A stretch of 64,000 nt of DNA from Bacteroidales bacterium (lineage in GTDB: Bacteria; Bacteroidota; Bacteroidia; Bacteroidales; F082): positions 68,751 through 132,750 of the forward strand of contig JAZUSL010000068.1 of assembly GCA_045606705.1 (NCBI GenBank), read 5' to 3'. Each line of letters opens with the position of its first letter. The first letter of the stretch is position 1. Shown here piece by piece: positions 27,199 to 37,178 of this stretch. The notes under the pieces were generated by a model. That model searched no databases and was not told the DNA's origin. It saw only the letters and a list, made by a program, of their open reading frames with translations. The position numbers and the translations under genes were made by a program.

Positions 27199-28356
27199 AA
27201 AAACTCTCTTTAAGTTGTTCATCGCAATCTCCACAATACTTCGTGGGCAAGCGAGATTCATTCTCATGCAGAATTCGCCTTCTGTACCAAAGATATGTCC
27301 TGCATTAAGTCCCAAGTTTGCTTCATGAACCATCTTACGATTCAGTTCCTCATCACTGATTCCATATGCCTTGAAATTCATCCATATCATATATGTAGCT
27401 TCTGATTTATGGATTCTGATTTTAGGCAATTCTTTATGAATGAAATCCACGGCATAATCGATATTACCTTTTATATATTCGATGAGTTGAGCATGCCATT
27501 CATCACCTTTTTCCATAGCTGCTTTTGTGGCGATTTTGCCAAAGATATTTCCAAGGTCAGCTTCTGTTGAGTGTACGAAATCGACGTATTTTTTACGCAA
27601 CTCTTCGTTAGGAATTATGACTGTTGATGTTGCCATACCTGCAAGATTAAAAGTCTTACTTGCAGCATGTGCAGTGATGCTGTTTTGTGCGAACTCTTCT
27701 GATATTGATGCGAAAGGAATATGTTTGAAACCAGGCATCACGAGGTCGCAATGTATTTCGTCGGAGAAAACCAATACGTTATTTTTCATACATATTTCAC
27801 CGAGACGTTGAAGCTCTTCTTTTTTCCATACTCTTCCAACAGGATTATGTGGATTTGAGAGAATCAACATCTTAGCGGTTTTGGCTTGTTTTTCCAACAA
27901 ATCGAAATCCATCACGTAACCATTATGTGTATCTATTAATGGATTGAGGACTAATTTTCTGTTATGATTATTTACAGCAAAGAAAAACGGATGATATACT
28001 GGAGGTTGAATAATGATCTCATCGTTTTCTTTTGTCAGTCCCATTACCGCAAGATTAAAAGCGTTGACGATACCTGGAGTGAACGCCATCCATTCTTTCT
28101 TAGTTTCCCATTGATGATGACGTTTAAGCCAATTCACTATAGACTCGAAATAAGCGTCTTCGCGGAAAGTATAACCATAAACATCGGTCTTTGCACGTTC
28201 TATGACCGCTTCTCTGATAAAGTCGGCAGTCGGGAAATCCATATCGGCGACCCACATTGGAATCACGTCCACCTTGCCAAAGACATTTTTTCTTAAATCA
28301 TATTTAACACTCTCTGTATTAGTACGATCTATTATTTTATCAAAATTGTATGTCAT
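27187..28356 (-). CDS. PatB/MalY-type PLP-dependent C-S lyase (aminotransferase class I/II)
   Basis: 389 aa with N-terminus YNFDKIIDRTNTESVKYD and a PLP-lysine context SASKTFNLAG. Confidence 0.85.
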   Translation of the reverse strand: MTYNFDKIIDRTNTESVKYDLRKNVFGKVDVIPMWVADMDFPTADFIREAVIERAKTDVYGYTFREDAYFESIVNWLKRHHQWETKKEWMAFTPGIVNAFNLAVMGLTKENDEIIIQPPVYHPFFFAVNNHNRKLVLNPLIDTHNGYVMDFDLLEKQAKTAKMLILSNPHNPVGRVWKKEELQRLGEICMKNNVLVFSDEIHCDLVMPGFKHIPFASISEEFAQNSITAHAASKTFNLAGMATSTVIIPNEELRKKYVDFVHSTEADLGNIFGKIATKAAMEKGDEWHAQLIEYIKGNIDYAVDFIHKELPKIRIHKSEATYMIWMNFKAYGISDEELNRKMVHEANLGLNAGHIFGTEGEFCMRMNLACPRSIVEIAMNNLKRVFVNA

Positions 28357-28380
28357 AACTATGCAAAATACTGGTAAGAA

Positions 28381-29142
28381 TTATATAACGAATTTTGTTA
28401 TTTCAGCATTAGGTTCCAATTCTAGAGGTTCTGTTCCATACTTGAACACCATCATTTTTTTGCCGCCTTTTAAATAATATTTGTCGCCTACAACCCATAT
28501 TGCTGAAGCCTCACGCAAACCGACGACTTTCATATTCTGGTTGACAGCGAGATATTCGTTGATACGATCTTGACGAGTTTCTCCGCCGTGTTTAATCATC
28601 TTGTCGATTTCCGGATGTGGATCCAGATAGTGAGGGTTAATTTGGAATGGAATAAGATTCAATGTGTTGAATGATGCAGGTTGAACAATAGGCATATCAT
28701 TTGTCGTGCATAATGTAGGGCAAGCTATGTTTGAACCAGCGCTCCATCCTATATAAGGTGTTCCGTTCTTTGCAACTTTTGCGATAGCATCCATGAGACC
28801 ATATCTGTGAAGTTCCGCTACGAGATGGAAAGTGTTGCCGCCACCAACGACGATACAATCAGCTTCATTTACAAGTTGGATTTTGTCTTCAACTTCGTGA
28901 ACTGAAACGAAATTACCTAGTCCTAATTTTTCTTCAAACACTTTCTTAACTCTTGCTGTATAAGCATCGTAACTTTGTGGATAAGGATTACCGTTTATAA
29001 ATACGCCTGCGAATGGAACGAAAACGATTTTACTGTCAGCATTGAGACTATTTTTCTCACAGAAAGACTCCAATTGTGTCATTGGCCATGCCAAATAAGT
29101 CTCTCCGAAATTTGTTGAGTTACTTATCAATAAAAGATTCAT
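28381..29142 (-). CDS. pepE: peptidase S51 (dipeptidase E-like)
   Basis: 253 aa with MNLLLISNST... and GGGNTF, GWSAGSNI motifs. Confidence 0.8.
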   Translation of the reverse strand: MNLLLISNSTNFGETYLAWPMTQLESFCEKNSLNADSKIVFVPFAGVFINGNPYPQSYDAYTARVKKVFEEKLGLGNFVSVHEVEDKIQLVNEADCIVVGGGNTFHLVAELHRYGLMDAIAKVAKNGTPYIGWSAGSNIACPTLCTTNDMPIVQPASFNTLNLIPFQINPHYLDPHPEIDKMIKHGGETRQDRINEYLAVNQNMKVVGLREASAIWVVGDKYYLKGGKKMMVFKYGTEPLELEPNAEITKFVI

Positions 29143-29289
29143 AGTGATTCAATTTTTAATTTTCACAAAGATAATGTTTTTTTCCTTACGAGGAGTATGT
29201 TTTTCAAACTTTAAGGCAAATAATTAATATATATTTTAGGTATTTAATTGGATATTTTTTCGCAATTTTGCAATCTAATTTTTTGATAC

Positions 29290-30642
29290 ATGAGTGAAGC
29301 GAAAGGAGCCTTGCTTTTAGGCACAGAAGACGTTGGTAAATTATTGAGAAAGTATGCGACACCGGCAATTATCGCCATGACTGCATCATCATTATACAAC
29401 ATGGTCGACAGCATTTTTATCGGTCAAGGTGTTGGTCCTTTGGCTATTTCGGGGTTAGCTATCACATTTCCTTTTATGAATTTAGGAGCAGCTATTGGTG
29501 CAATGGTTGGTGTTGGCGCTTCCACCGTAACCGCCATGGAACTGGGAAAGAAAAATTATGCCAAGAGTTGCCGAGCCTTAGCCAACACAATAATGCTCAA
29601 TATTATCTTCGGCATCCTATTCACTGTGATATGCCTATTGTTCCTTAAACCAATACTTTACTTTTTCGGTGCCAGTGATCAGACACTTCCTTACGCTTTT
29701 GAATATATGCAGGTGATACTTCTCGGCAATATCATAACACACCTTTATCACGGATTAAATTCAGTGTTAAGAGCTTCCGGACATCCAAACGAAGCTATGA
29801 TTGCGACTATTATAACTGTCATTGCAAACATATTCTTAGATTGGCTATTCATTTATCCTTTGGAAATGGGAATTAGAGGAGCTGCAATAGCGACAGTTCT
29901 GGCACAGACACTGCCACTTATCTATCTTGTCAAGATATTCTCGAACAAAAACGAATTAGTACATTTTGATAAAAAAGACTTTGTCTTCGACATAAAAATC
30001 ATAAAAGACATCCTCGCAATCGGATTGTCGCCATTTCTCTTAAACACCGCACTTTGTGTCATCATCATCTTAATCAACAAAGGATTAAAAGAATTCGGCG
30101 GTGATTTATCTGTAGGTGCATATGGTATCGTAAATAGAGTAACGTTCTTCTTCACAATGATTGTAATGGGAATCACTCAAGGCATGCAACCAATTGTAAG
30201 TTATAATTATGGAGCACGACAGTTTTCAAGAGTTACCGAAGCTCTGAAAAAAGCGATATTTCTGGCATTCATCACCTTATGTCTGGGATGTCTTATTGGT
30301 GAGTCAATCCCTCGATTTGTGTGCCGTCTTTTCACCACCGACGAAGAACTCTTAAATTACTCCATCGACGGTATGAGAATAGTGATGGCAACATTCCCGA
30401 TCATATCCATGCCTATCGTCATCGGCAATTTCTTCCAAAGTATCGGGAAAGCAAAGAAATCCATAGTCCTATCCTTGTCACGTCAAGTCTTGTTTCTCAT
30501 ACCATTATTATTGATACTTCCCGAATTTATCGGTATAAAAGGCGTTTGGTGGAGCATCCCGATTTCCGACATCATCGCAACAATTTTATCTTTAATTATG
30601 ATATACAGATATTACAAATTTGACGTCAAATCAAATTCGTAA
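29290..30642 (+). CDS. MATE-family efflux transporter
   Basis: 450 aa with 12 predicted TMs and an N-terminal LLRKYATPAIIAMTASSLYNMVDSIFIGQGVG signature. Confidence 0.9.
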   Translation: MSEAKGALLLGTEDVGKLLRKYATPAIIAMTASSLYNMVDSIFIGQGVGPLAISGLAITFPFMNLGAAIGAMVGVGASTVTAMELGKKNYAKSCRALANTIMLNIIFGILFTVICLLFLKPILYFFGASDQTLPYAFEYMQVILLGNIITHLYHGLNSVLRASGHPNEAMIATIITVIANIFLDWLFIYPLEMGIRGAAIATVLAQTLPLIYLVKIFSNKNELVHFDKKDFVFDIKIIKDILAIGLSPFLLNTALCVIIILINKGLKEFGGDLSVGAYGIVNRVTFFFTMIVMGITQGMQPIVSYNYGARQFSRVTEALKKAIFLAFITLCLGCLIGESIPRFVCRLFTTDEELLNYSIDGMRIVMATFPIISMPIVIGNFFQSIGKAKKSIVLSLSRQVLFLIPLLLILPEFIGIKGVWWSIPISDIIATILSLIMIYRYYKFDVKSNS

Positions 30643-30652
30643 AGAATATGTG

Positions 30653-31351
30653 TCATATTAAATAATCCAGGAGTGCATCCCTAAAACTTGCGCCTACTGG
30701 AATTTTATTACCTGCAACGGTGACATTAGTTTTGTCAATATCCTCAATATTTTTTATTGAAACAATGAAAGACTTATGTGTGCGTATAAATTTATCTTTA
30801 GGCAGCGTCTCTTCAAGATTCTTTAACGAATACAAGGCTGTGATACGTTTGGTCTTAGTGTGAAATGTAACATATTCATGCTGACCTTCAATAAAAAGCA
30901 AATCATCATAATTCACCTTATATAATTTATAGTCAGCTTTAATCATCATATAATCGTTAGGGGTCTCCGACACATATTCTTGAACGTTATTTTTCTGACT
31001 AACAGCTTTGTTTATCGCTTGGAGGAAACGAGCATAATCAAAAGGTTTCAACAGATAATCGACGACACCGAGAGAAAAAGCATCTACAGCATATTCAGAG
31101 TATGCAGTAGTAAGGATAACAGATGGTTTATTATTAATTAACTTTAACATTTCCATACCTGATATATCCGGCATCTGAATATCAAGTAATAAGATGTCTA
31201 TATTTTCATTATTAATCACTTCCATAGCTTTTGTTGCATCAGGACAAGTATCTACAAGTTGAAGATAGTCAATCTTTGACACATATTCAGTCAGAAGTTT
31301 TCTTGCGAGAAACTCATCATCAACAATCAATACATTATACTTTCTTTTCAT
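30653..31351 (-). CDS. LytTR-family response regulator
   Basis: 232 aa with a receiver domain (VLIVDDE...DILLLDIQMP) and a LytTR DNA-binding domain (FIRTHKSFIV). Confidence 0.9.
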   Translation of the reverse strand: MKRKYNVLIVDDEFLARKLLTEYVSKIDYLQLVDTCPDATKAMEVINNENIDILLLDIQMPDISGMEMLKLINNKPSVILTTAYSEYAVDAFSLGVVDYLLKPFDYARFLQAINKAVSQKNNVQEYVSETPNDYMMIKADYKLYKVNYDDLLFIEGQHEYVTFHTKTKRITALYSLKNLEETLPKDKFIRTHKSFIVSIKNIEDIDKTNVTVAGNKIPVGASFRDALLDYLI

Positions 31352-32417
31352 TATATTTATCTCCTATTTTAATTGTTACCACATAAGAATTATCCTCTTG
31401 TTGAGCTTTAAAAGAGTATTTATTGCCGTAATATAAATCAAGTCTTTTTTTGACATTGTCCAAACCAATTCCAGATTGCTGTTTCTTATTTGGATCAGCA
31501 ATAGAAACAGACATTCCTTTAATTGAATTCCGTGCGATGAAAATCAAATCATTATTTTCTTGCAGCAGATAAAAATGTACGAATCCATTAGGGTCGTTGA
31601 CGAGACGGCTATGCTTAAAACTATTCTCCACCAAAGGCTGAAGTATCATCGGTGGAATCATAAAATCATGATTCTTAATATTCTTCTCAAAAATAACATT
31701 GGATTTATTTTCCATACTCATCTGCTGAAAGTCGATGAACGCATCGATATATTTCACTTCCTTGTCTAAGGAGATATGATCGACCTGACAATCCACCATA
31801 ACATAACGCAACATATCAGAGAGTTTCAACACACTTTGTGGTGCGTTCTCGTCTTTAGTATAAACAAGAGAATAGATGTTATTCAGTGCGTTAAATAAGA
31901 AATGAGGAGTTATCTGGGATTTAAGAAAACGTAACTCCATATCAAGTTTCTCACTCTTAAGGTCGTCTTTAATCTTCTGGTTATCTTTCTCCGCACGTTG
32001 CAATATAGTGATGACAGAAATACCAACTGCAGCTGTAAAAAGAACAATGCGTATTAAGAAAGGAATAAAAAACATATTGAATCCATCAAGTTTAGGTACT
32101 GAGATTGAAAGATGTTTACTCATAATCATCAACATATAAGATTCCAAATATGTCGTTAATGCCGCCATTATGACTATAAGCAAAAAACTGCTTATATAAA
32201 ATGAGAAATACAATCCTTTTTGCAATAGTTTCACTATGTATCTTGACTCAACATCACTGGCGAACAAAAGAAAGGTTGTCAACAGAAGCGCATGGATGAA
32301 TGATACTTTCCAACTAGACCAAAAAGAAAGGAAGAAAAAAAGAAAAACAACAAGCCACGCCATTATGACTCTCGACTTACTCTTATGAATGACAATGAAT
32401 TTTGAAGTATCTTCCAT
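31335..32417 (-). CDS. membrane sensor histidine kinase (LytS/His_kinase PF06580 type)
   Basis: 360 aa with 4 N-terminal TMs, an H-box QITPHFLFNALNNI and an ATPase region. Overlaps the regulator gene by 17 nt. Confidence 0.8.
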   Translation of the reverse strand: MEDTSKFIVIHKSKSRVIMAWLVVFLFFFLSFWSSWKVSFIHALLLTTFLLFASDVESRYIVKLLQKGLYFSFYISSFLLIVIMAALTTYLESYMLMIMSKHLSISVPKLDGFNMFFIPFLIRIVLFTAAVGISVITILQRAEKDNQKIKDDLKSEKLDMELRFLKSQITPHFLFNALNNIYSLVYTKDENAPQSVLKLSDMLRYVMVDCQVDHISLDKEVKYIDAFIDFQQMSMENKSNVIFEKNIKNHDFMIPPMILQPLVENSFKHSRLVNDPNGFVHFYLLQENNDLIFIARNSIKGMSVSIADPNKKQQSGIGLDNVKKRLDLYYGNKYSFKAQQEDNSYVVTIKIGDKYNEKKV

Positions 32418-32586
32418 GACAATTATTTTATGGCAAAAATATAATATTTATTAAGCCTTAAAAATAAAATCAACAAAGTATGGGAAAAATTCAATTAAGG
32501 GGACTCCTACAAACTGTTTCGCGAATGATTTATGAATTTTATACTTGTCGTCAAAGTTTGTTTAACAGGGAATTATAGATGCCCCC

Positions 32587-34158
32587 TTAATATTTGCTTC
32601 CTCTGAATAACGCAAGAAAAGTAACCAAGACGGTATAAATTTCAAGACGACCTATAAGCATCAAAGCCGACATAGTCCATTTTCCCATATTAGACAATTC
32701 TGAGAACGAAAGTGACGGACCTGTACTGCCTATTCCTGGTCCGCTATTTCCTAGTGCAGAGACACAGTTAAACATTGCTTCTTTCAATGTGCTTCCACTG
32801 ACGATGAACAGCAAAACACCAATTACATATAAATGAAGGAATATCAATAAGAAATTGATGACTCTTTGAGTCTTTTCTTCATCAATCACTTCGTTAGATA
32901 CTTTCACACTAAACAGAGCGTTAGGATGTAACAAACGTCTGAAAATATTATTAATTGATTTTATTGCAATCACTTCGCGAATTATTTTGATACCACCACT
33001 TGTTGAACCTGCACATGCGCCACTGGCCATTAAAATGAATGTCGGAATCAAGAACAATCCACCCCATAAGTCATAATCGTAATTCTGTGCTTGATAACAT
33101 GTAGACGTTATCATAGAAATAACATGAAACAATGAAGTTCTGAATCTATTTTCAAAACCTTCAGGATATGAATCCAGATTAGTTGTTACGGTACTTAATT
33201 CAGGTGCGTAATAGAATAATACTACAAGTATAATTGTCATAACTACCACTGCTCCAATGTACCAGCGCAGTTCTTCATTTTCTCTAAACAATCTTCCCTG
33301 ACCAGTGAACAAAAAATAATAAAGAGAGAAGTTGATACCAGAGGCAAACATGAAAAAGGACGATACATATTCTATATATGGTGAATTATAATAACCTATG
33401 CTGGCTTGATGTGTGCTAAATCCACCGCTCGACATTGTCGTCATCGCATGACAGATTGCATCGAAGATGTTCATTGGTCCCATATAATACACAAAAGCGC
33501 ATAATATCGTAAGGATAATATAGATTCCCAAAAGTTTACGTGCCGTCATCATCATCTTGGGATGAAGTTTCTTAACACCTATGCCCGACATTTCCGCAGA
33601 AAACATCATGACTTTATTGGAATTACGATTTAATGCAGGCATAACTGCAAGAAACAAGACAATGATTCCCAAACCACCCAACCATTGCATTATACTTCTC
33701 CAGAACAATATACCATGAGGTTGGTAATCAATATCGTTCATAACAGTACAACCTGTCGTGGTAAATCCCGACATCGCTTCGAAAAACGCACTTGAAACAT
33801 CCCTGATACTTCCATTCAACAAAAAAGGAAGCATTCCGAACAAAGCGAAAATAATCCACGTCAACGTAACCAACAAAAAAGAATCCTTTACTTCAAAATT
33901 CTCAATATTTTGCCTATCTGATTTACCGTTACTTCTTCCTGCCGAAATCAATATGAAACCTGATATGGCAGTTATAATTGTCGATACTGTTAGCGCCAAC
34001 ACATCACCATCACCACATCGGTAAAAATAGTACAATGCCACCAATGAGGTTATCAGCATAAATGACGCTTCAAACAATAAAAAGAAACCGATAATCCTAG
34101 TTTTCATACCAATAAATTTCTGCTCGTAAAAATACATTTTTTTCAAAGACGACTTCAA
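32587..34158 (-). CDS. trkH: TrkH-family potassium uptake protein
   Basis: 523 aa, polytopic, with repeated selectivity-filter-like segments (SGFTTTG, SSGGFST, TSGGIK, GNSGPG). Confidence 0.9.
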   Translation of the reverse strand: MKSSLKKMYFYEQKFIGMKTRIIGFFLLFEASFMLITSLVALYYFYRCGDGDVLALTVSTIITAISGFILISAGRSNGKSDRQNIENFEVKDSFLLVTLTWIIFALFGMLPFLLNGSIRDVSSAFFEAMSGFTTTGCTVMNDIDYQPHGILFWRSIMQWLGGLGIIVLFLAVMPALNRNSNKVMMFSAEMSGIGVKKLHPKMMMTARKLLGIYIILTILCAFVYYMGPMNIFDAICHAMTTMSSGGFSTHQASIGYYNSPYIEYVSSFFMFASGINFSLYYFLFTGQGRLFRENEELRWYIGAVVVMTIILVVLFYYAPELSTVTTNLDSYPEGFENRFRTSLFHVISMITSTCYQAQNYDYDLWGGLFLIPTFILMASGACAGSTSGGIKIIREVIAIKSINNIFRRLLHPNALFSVKVSNEVIDEEKTQRVINFLLIFLHLYVIGVLLFIVSGSTLKEAMFNCVSALGNSGPGIGSTGPSLSFSELSNMGKWTMSALMLIGRLEIYTVLVTFLALFRGSKY

Positions 34159-34214
34159 TAAAATATCAAGAAAAAAAAATCAATTGTTGTGAAGTAATTT
34201 TCATTAATAATTGT

Positions 34215-34222
34215 TATATTTG
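34215..34222 (+). promoter_or_regulatory. -7 box TATATTTG
   Basis: Exact TAnnTTTG match 20 nt upstream of the ATG at 34242. Confidence 0.5.
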
Positions 34223-34241
34223 TAAGCAAATTTTTAAAAAC

Positions 34242-35108
34242 ATGAAGATATTACTATCAACCGATTTCAGTGAAGAAAACAAGGTGTTACTACCCTATGC
34301 TATTGATTTTTTAAAAGATACTGGTGGAAAAATAATTATATTCCATGCATATATGGATAACGTTTTTGTTGGAAGCAATAGTTATCCAGGCAACATGGAT
34401 ACCGACAATTACTTCACTACAGAATTATTGATAGAACTTGAGAAGAACTCACAGCAGGTAATGCAAGAAAAAACCAAGTATATCATTGATTTAATTAATG
34501 AAGAAGGTATCGAAAACATAACCGTACATCCTATCTTAGTAAGCGGTGATCCTGAAGATGAATTGATAGAACTATCTAAGAAAGAGAATCCAGACCTTAT
34601 ATTAATGGGCACTCGCGGTAAGGGTGGAAAACGTTTCCTCGAAGGAAGTCTGGTCAAAAGCGTAATGACCAAATGCGATGTACCAATGCTCTTTATTCCA
34701 GAAGGTTACAATTGGAGAGAAAGCAAGGAAGTTGTTTATGCCACTGACTTCAGCGACTATGACGTTGAAACAATCGACAGAATCTTTACTATCTTAAAGC
34801 CATACAAACCTCACATACATGTGATTCATTTCATGGAAAATTCAGACAATCCTAAAGAGGCAAACAAAATGGAGAAACTGGAACAGATTTATCTTGAAAA
34901 GGATTTTGAAGGCGAGATACATTTCCAATTGGTTCATACCGACAACGCTCCACAGGCACTTAAGATATTCTGCGAACGAAACGACATAAGTCTAAGTTCA
35001 TTCATCGCCTATCGTAAAGGATTTTTCGATTTCATATTCAAAGACAAACTCGACAAAGACGCTTTTTTGAGTTTAAACATTCCGATGCTGACATTCAAAC
35101 AACAATAA
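34242..35108 (+). CDS. tandem universal stress protein (UspA) domains
   Basis: 288 aa with two Usp halves; the first has the ATP-binding-like motif MGTRGKGGKRFLEGS. Confidence 0.8.
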   Translation: MKILLSTDFSEENKVLLPYAIDFLKDTGGKIIIFHAYMDNVFVGSNSYPGNMDTDNYFTTELLIELEKNSQQVMQEKTKYIIDLINEEGIENITVHPILVSGDPEDELIELSKKENPDLILMGTRGKGGKRFLEGSLVKSVMTKCDVPMLFIPEGYNWRESKEVVYATDFSDYDVETIDRIFTILKPYKPHIHVIHFMENSDNPKEANKMEKLEQIYLEKDFEGEIHFQLVHTDNAPQALKIFCERNDISLSSFIAYRKGFFDFIFKDKLDKDAFLSLNIPMLTFKQQ

Positions 35109-35110
35109 TA

Positions 35111-35713
35111 ATGAAATATTACCTATTATTAATATCCTTTTTATTATCATTAAATGTTTTTTCTCAGGAAGTAAATTCCGACAAGAAAAAGACATTCAAC
35201 GGTTATGACGGCGGCATGATGCTTCATGCAGGATATGTCAAGACTGACGTTATTCCTTTAGATTATAAAGTCGAAGGCGTCACAAAAGGCATTGGCGGCG
35301 CAATAAGATTTCATTTTGGAGAACATTATCGTATTGGTACAGAAGGTTATGTCTCCACATTAAAACTGATGGATAACGGTAGTTATATGAAGACTTTCTG
35401 GGCTGGGTTGATAAACGACTTCTATTGGTATTTCGGTAAGTTTATGCCTTATGCCGGAATAACAATCGGTGGAGGTGCCTTGACAGACTGTTTTATCTTT
35501 GAAGGCGACAACCACGACTGGATTAGTGAAAATAATGTAGTGATAAACAAGAATCCGTTTATTGCTATAGATCCAATAATTGGCTGCGATTATTGCCTCA
35601 CAGACGCAATGCACATCACCATAAAATTTGACTATTTACTGGGATTCGGAAATGAAAACCTTTATTTTCCTACTGGACCGAGAGTTTATATCGGATTCAT
35701 TTTCTTCCATTAA
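35111..35713 (+). CDS. hypothetical secreted protein, probably a small outer-membrane beta-barrel
   Basis: 200 aa with a signal peptide, glycine/aromatic-rich alternating strands and a terminal F-x-F-like end (IGFIFFH). Confidence 0.45.
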   Translation: MKYYLLLISFLLSLNVFSQEVNSDKKKTFNGYDGGMMLHAGYVKTDVIPLDYKVEGVTKGIGGAIRFHFGEHYRIGTEGYVSTLKLMDNGSYMKTFWAGLINDFYWYFGKFMPYAGITIGGGALTDCFIFEGDNHDWISENNVVINKNPFIAIDPIIGCDYCLTDAMHITIKFDYLLGFGNENLYFPTGPRVYIGFIFFH

Positions 35714-35730
35714 TTATTTGATATAAATAA

Positions 35731-35760
35731 AAAAGACGAAGAAGATACTTCGTCTTTATA
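35731..35760. terminator. stem-loop aagacgaag/cttcgtctt flanked by A and T runs
   Basis: 9-bp perfect stem (35733-35741 with 35748-35756) and a 6-nt loop, lying between the stop at 35713 and the tRNA-like gene. Confidence 0.7.
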
Positions 35761-35767
35761 TACTTTG

Positions 35768-35852
35768 CGGAGAGAGGGATTCGACCCCCGGTACATTGCT
35801 GTACAACGGTTTTCAAGACCGCCGCGATCGACCACTCTGCCATTTCCCCGCT
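35768..35852 (-). pseudogene. tRNA-Ser(UGA)-like copy, probably defective
   Basis: The D arm, anticodon arm (CUUGAAA loop) and long variable arm are identical to the tRNA at 36993-37077. It has a 1-nt deletion in the T loop (GGGGGTCGAATCCC versus GGGGGTTCGAATCCC), a 2-nt deletion in the 3' acceptor strand and a T-to-C change in the 5' acceptor strand. I cannot draw a canonical 7-bp acceptor stem. Confidence 0.55.
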
Positions 35853-36025
35853 GTAAAGATACAATTTTTATATTTTGATAATAATATTGACAAAAAAATA
35901 TTTTAAATATACTGCATGTTGTTATAAAAAATTATATATAATAAAAATTAAATTGCTAAATAATAATTACTTCGTTCAAGAAGTAAAAAACAGAACTAAT
36001 TTTACGACAAATAAACTCCATTTTT

Positions 36026-36033
36026 TATATTTG
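36026..36033 (+). promoter_or_regulatory. -7 box TATATTTG
   Basis: Exact TAnnTTTG match 51 nt upstream of the ATG at 36084. Confidence 0.4.
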
Positions 36034-36083
36034 CAACTACAAAAAAAACATTTTTTTGCAAGCAATTTAGAGATAAAAATCAC

Positions 36084-36698
36084 ATGAAAGAAATTAATCC
36101 AAAAGAAACAAAGCGTGCCGATGCTTTCGAGTTATGGATGTCATCACCGATGCCAATGGTAACACTAACAAAAACATTCAACATCACACATCTCTGTAAA
36201 ACCAGCAAGAAAAAAGGCATGAAACTAAATATGCTTTTATGTTGGTGTATCGGCAAAGCTGCAAGTCAAATCGAAGAGTTCAACTTACTTCCTGTCAAAG
36301 ATAAACTATTTAAGTATGAAAAACTTGCAATCAATGTTATTGTCAACAACAAACGAGGAGGGATAAATTCATGCGACATCCCGTATAGCGACGACTTGGA
36401 ACATTTCAATAGTAATTATATTTCATTAACTCAGAAAACATCAGACTCTTGCAAAAGCATCGAAGAAGAAGATTCTATGATTGTAGGGACTTCTGCCATG
36501 GTTGTAACAGAACTCGACTGTATTGTAAATCAATATACAGACAAGTTTTTAAATCCGATGGTAATGTGGGGAAAATATCGCAAGAAATGTTTCAAGACGC
36601 TCTTACCAATATCATTTCAATTTCATCATGTACAAATGGATGGCGGAGATGCAGCCCGTTTTTTAGAAACACTTCAAAGAGTTATAGTTGAAGTGTAA
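36084..36698 (+). CDS. type-A chloramphenicol acetyltransferase family (CatA-like O-acetyltransferase)
   Basis: 204 aa with N-terminal RADAFELW..PMVTLT and the catalytic region ISFQFHHVQMDGGDAARF (CAT HH-x-x-DG motif). Confidence 0.8.
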   Translation: MKEINPKETKRADAFELWMSSPMPMVTLTKTFNITHLCKTSKKKGMKLNMLLCWCIGKAASQIEEFNLLPVKDKLFKYEKLAINVIVNNKRGGINSCDIPYSDDLEHFNSNYISLTQKTSDSCKSIEEEDSMIVGTSAMVVTELDCIVNQYTDKFLNPMVMWGKYRKKCFKTLLPISFQFHHVQMDGGDAARFLETLQRVIVEV

Positions 36699-36802
36699 GT
36701 TTGTTATTCTTACAGTCTTTTAGGTGTGGATTATATTCAGACTGGAGAGTTCACAGGTATTCATACTATTCATTCTCAAATCTTAAAGAAAATTTAATAT
36801 AA

Positions 36803-36840
36803 AATAAAGCTACTGACCTATTGTTATCAGTAGCTTTATT
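36803..36840. terminator. 14-bp stem-loop aataaagctactga/tcagtagctttatt
   Basis: Perfect 14-bp stem (36803-36816 with 36827-36840) and a 10-nt loop, between the CAT-like gene (plus strand) and the tRNA pair (minus strand). Confidence 0.7.
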
Positions 36841-36850
36841 CCTGAAGTTG

Positions 36851-36937
36851 CGGAGAGAGAGGGATTCGAACCCTCGGACCGCTGATGCGGTCAACGGTTT
36901 TCGAGACCGCCCCATTCGACCACTCTGGCATCTCTCC
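36851..36937 (-). tRNA. tRNA-Ser (anticodon CGA)
   Basis: The reverse complement reads GGAGAGATGCCAGAGTGGTCGAA...GGTCTCGAAAACC...GGGTTCGAATCCCTCTCTCTCCG. It has a 7-bp acceptor stem GGAGAGA/TCTCTCC and a long variable arm. Confidence 0.9.
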
Positions 36938-36992
36938 TATTCCAATTACACATTAAAGAACAAAAGCGACTTTTGCAGTCGCTTAATCTCCG

Positions 36993-37077
36993 CGGAGAAA
37001 GAGGGATTCGAACCCCCGGTACATTGCTGTACAACGGTTTTCAAGACCGCCGCGATCGACCACTCTGCCATTTCTCC
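36993..37077 (-). tRNA. tRNA-Ser (anticodon UGA)
   Basis: The reverse complement reads GGAGAAATGGCAGAGTGGTCGATCGCGGCGGTCTTGAAAACCGTTGTACAGCAATGTACCGGGGGTTCGAATCCCTCTTTCTCCG. It has a perfect acceptor stem GGAGAAA/TTTCTCC. Confidence 0.9.
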
Positions 37078-37081
37078 GCTG

Positions 37082-37089
37082 CAAAAATA
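37082..37089 (-). promoter_or_regulatory. -7 box TATTTTTG for the tRNA-Ser pair
   Basis: The reverse complement of caaaaata is TATTTTTG, 4 nt upstream of the mature tRNA 5' end. Confidence 0.5.
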
Positions 37090-37161
37090 CAATTTTTTTG
37101 TTTCGCACAAGTAATTTTGAAAAAAAATATTTTTTTTCGTAAAAACACCAAATAAAAGCAG

Positions 37162-37169
37162 TATTTTTG
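37162..37169 (+). promoter_or_regulatory. -7 box TATTTTTG
   Basis: Exact TAnnTTTG match 10 nt upstream of the ATG at 37179. Confidence 0.4.
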
Positions 37170-37178
37170 TAATCGTAA

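Noticed and set aside
35875-36087. 70-aa ORF upstream of the CAT-like gene.
   Set aside because: It is extremely AT-rich and Lys/Ile/Asn-dominated, contains the predicted promoter of the CAT-like gene, and shows no protein features.
35768-37077. Classical integrase-mediated genomic island inserted at tRNA-Ser, with the duplicated tRNA as attL/attR.
   Set aside because: The duplication covers the 5' end of the tRNA and about 20 nt of its promoter rather than only the 3' end. No integrase is present, and the bracketed segment is only ~1.1 kb and includes another tRNA. Segmental duplication is more likely.
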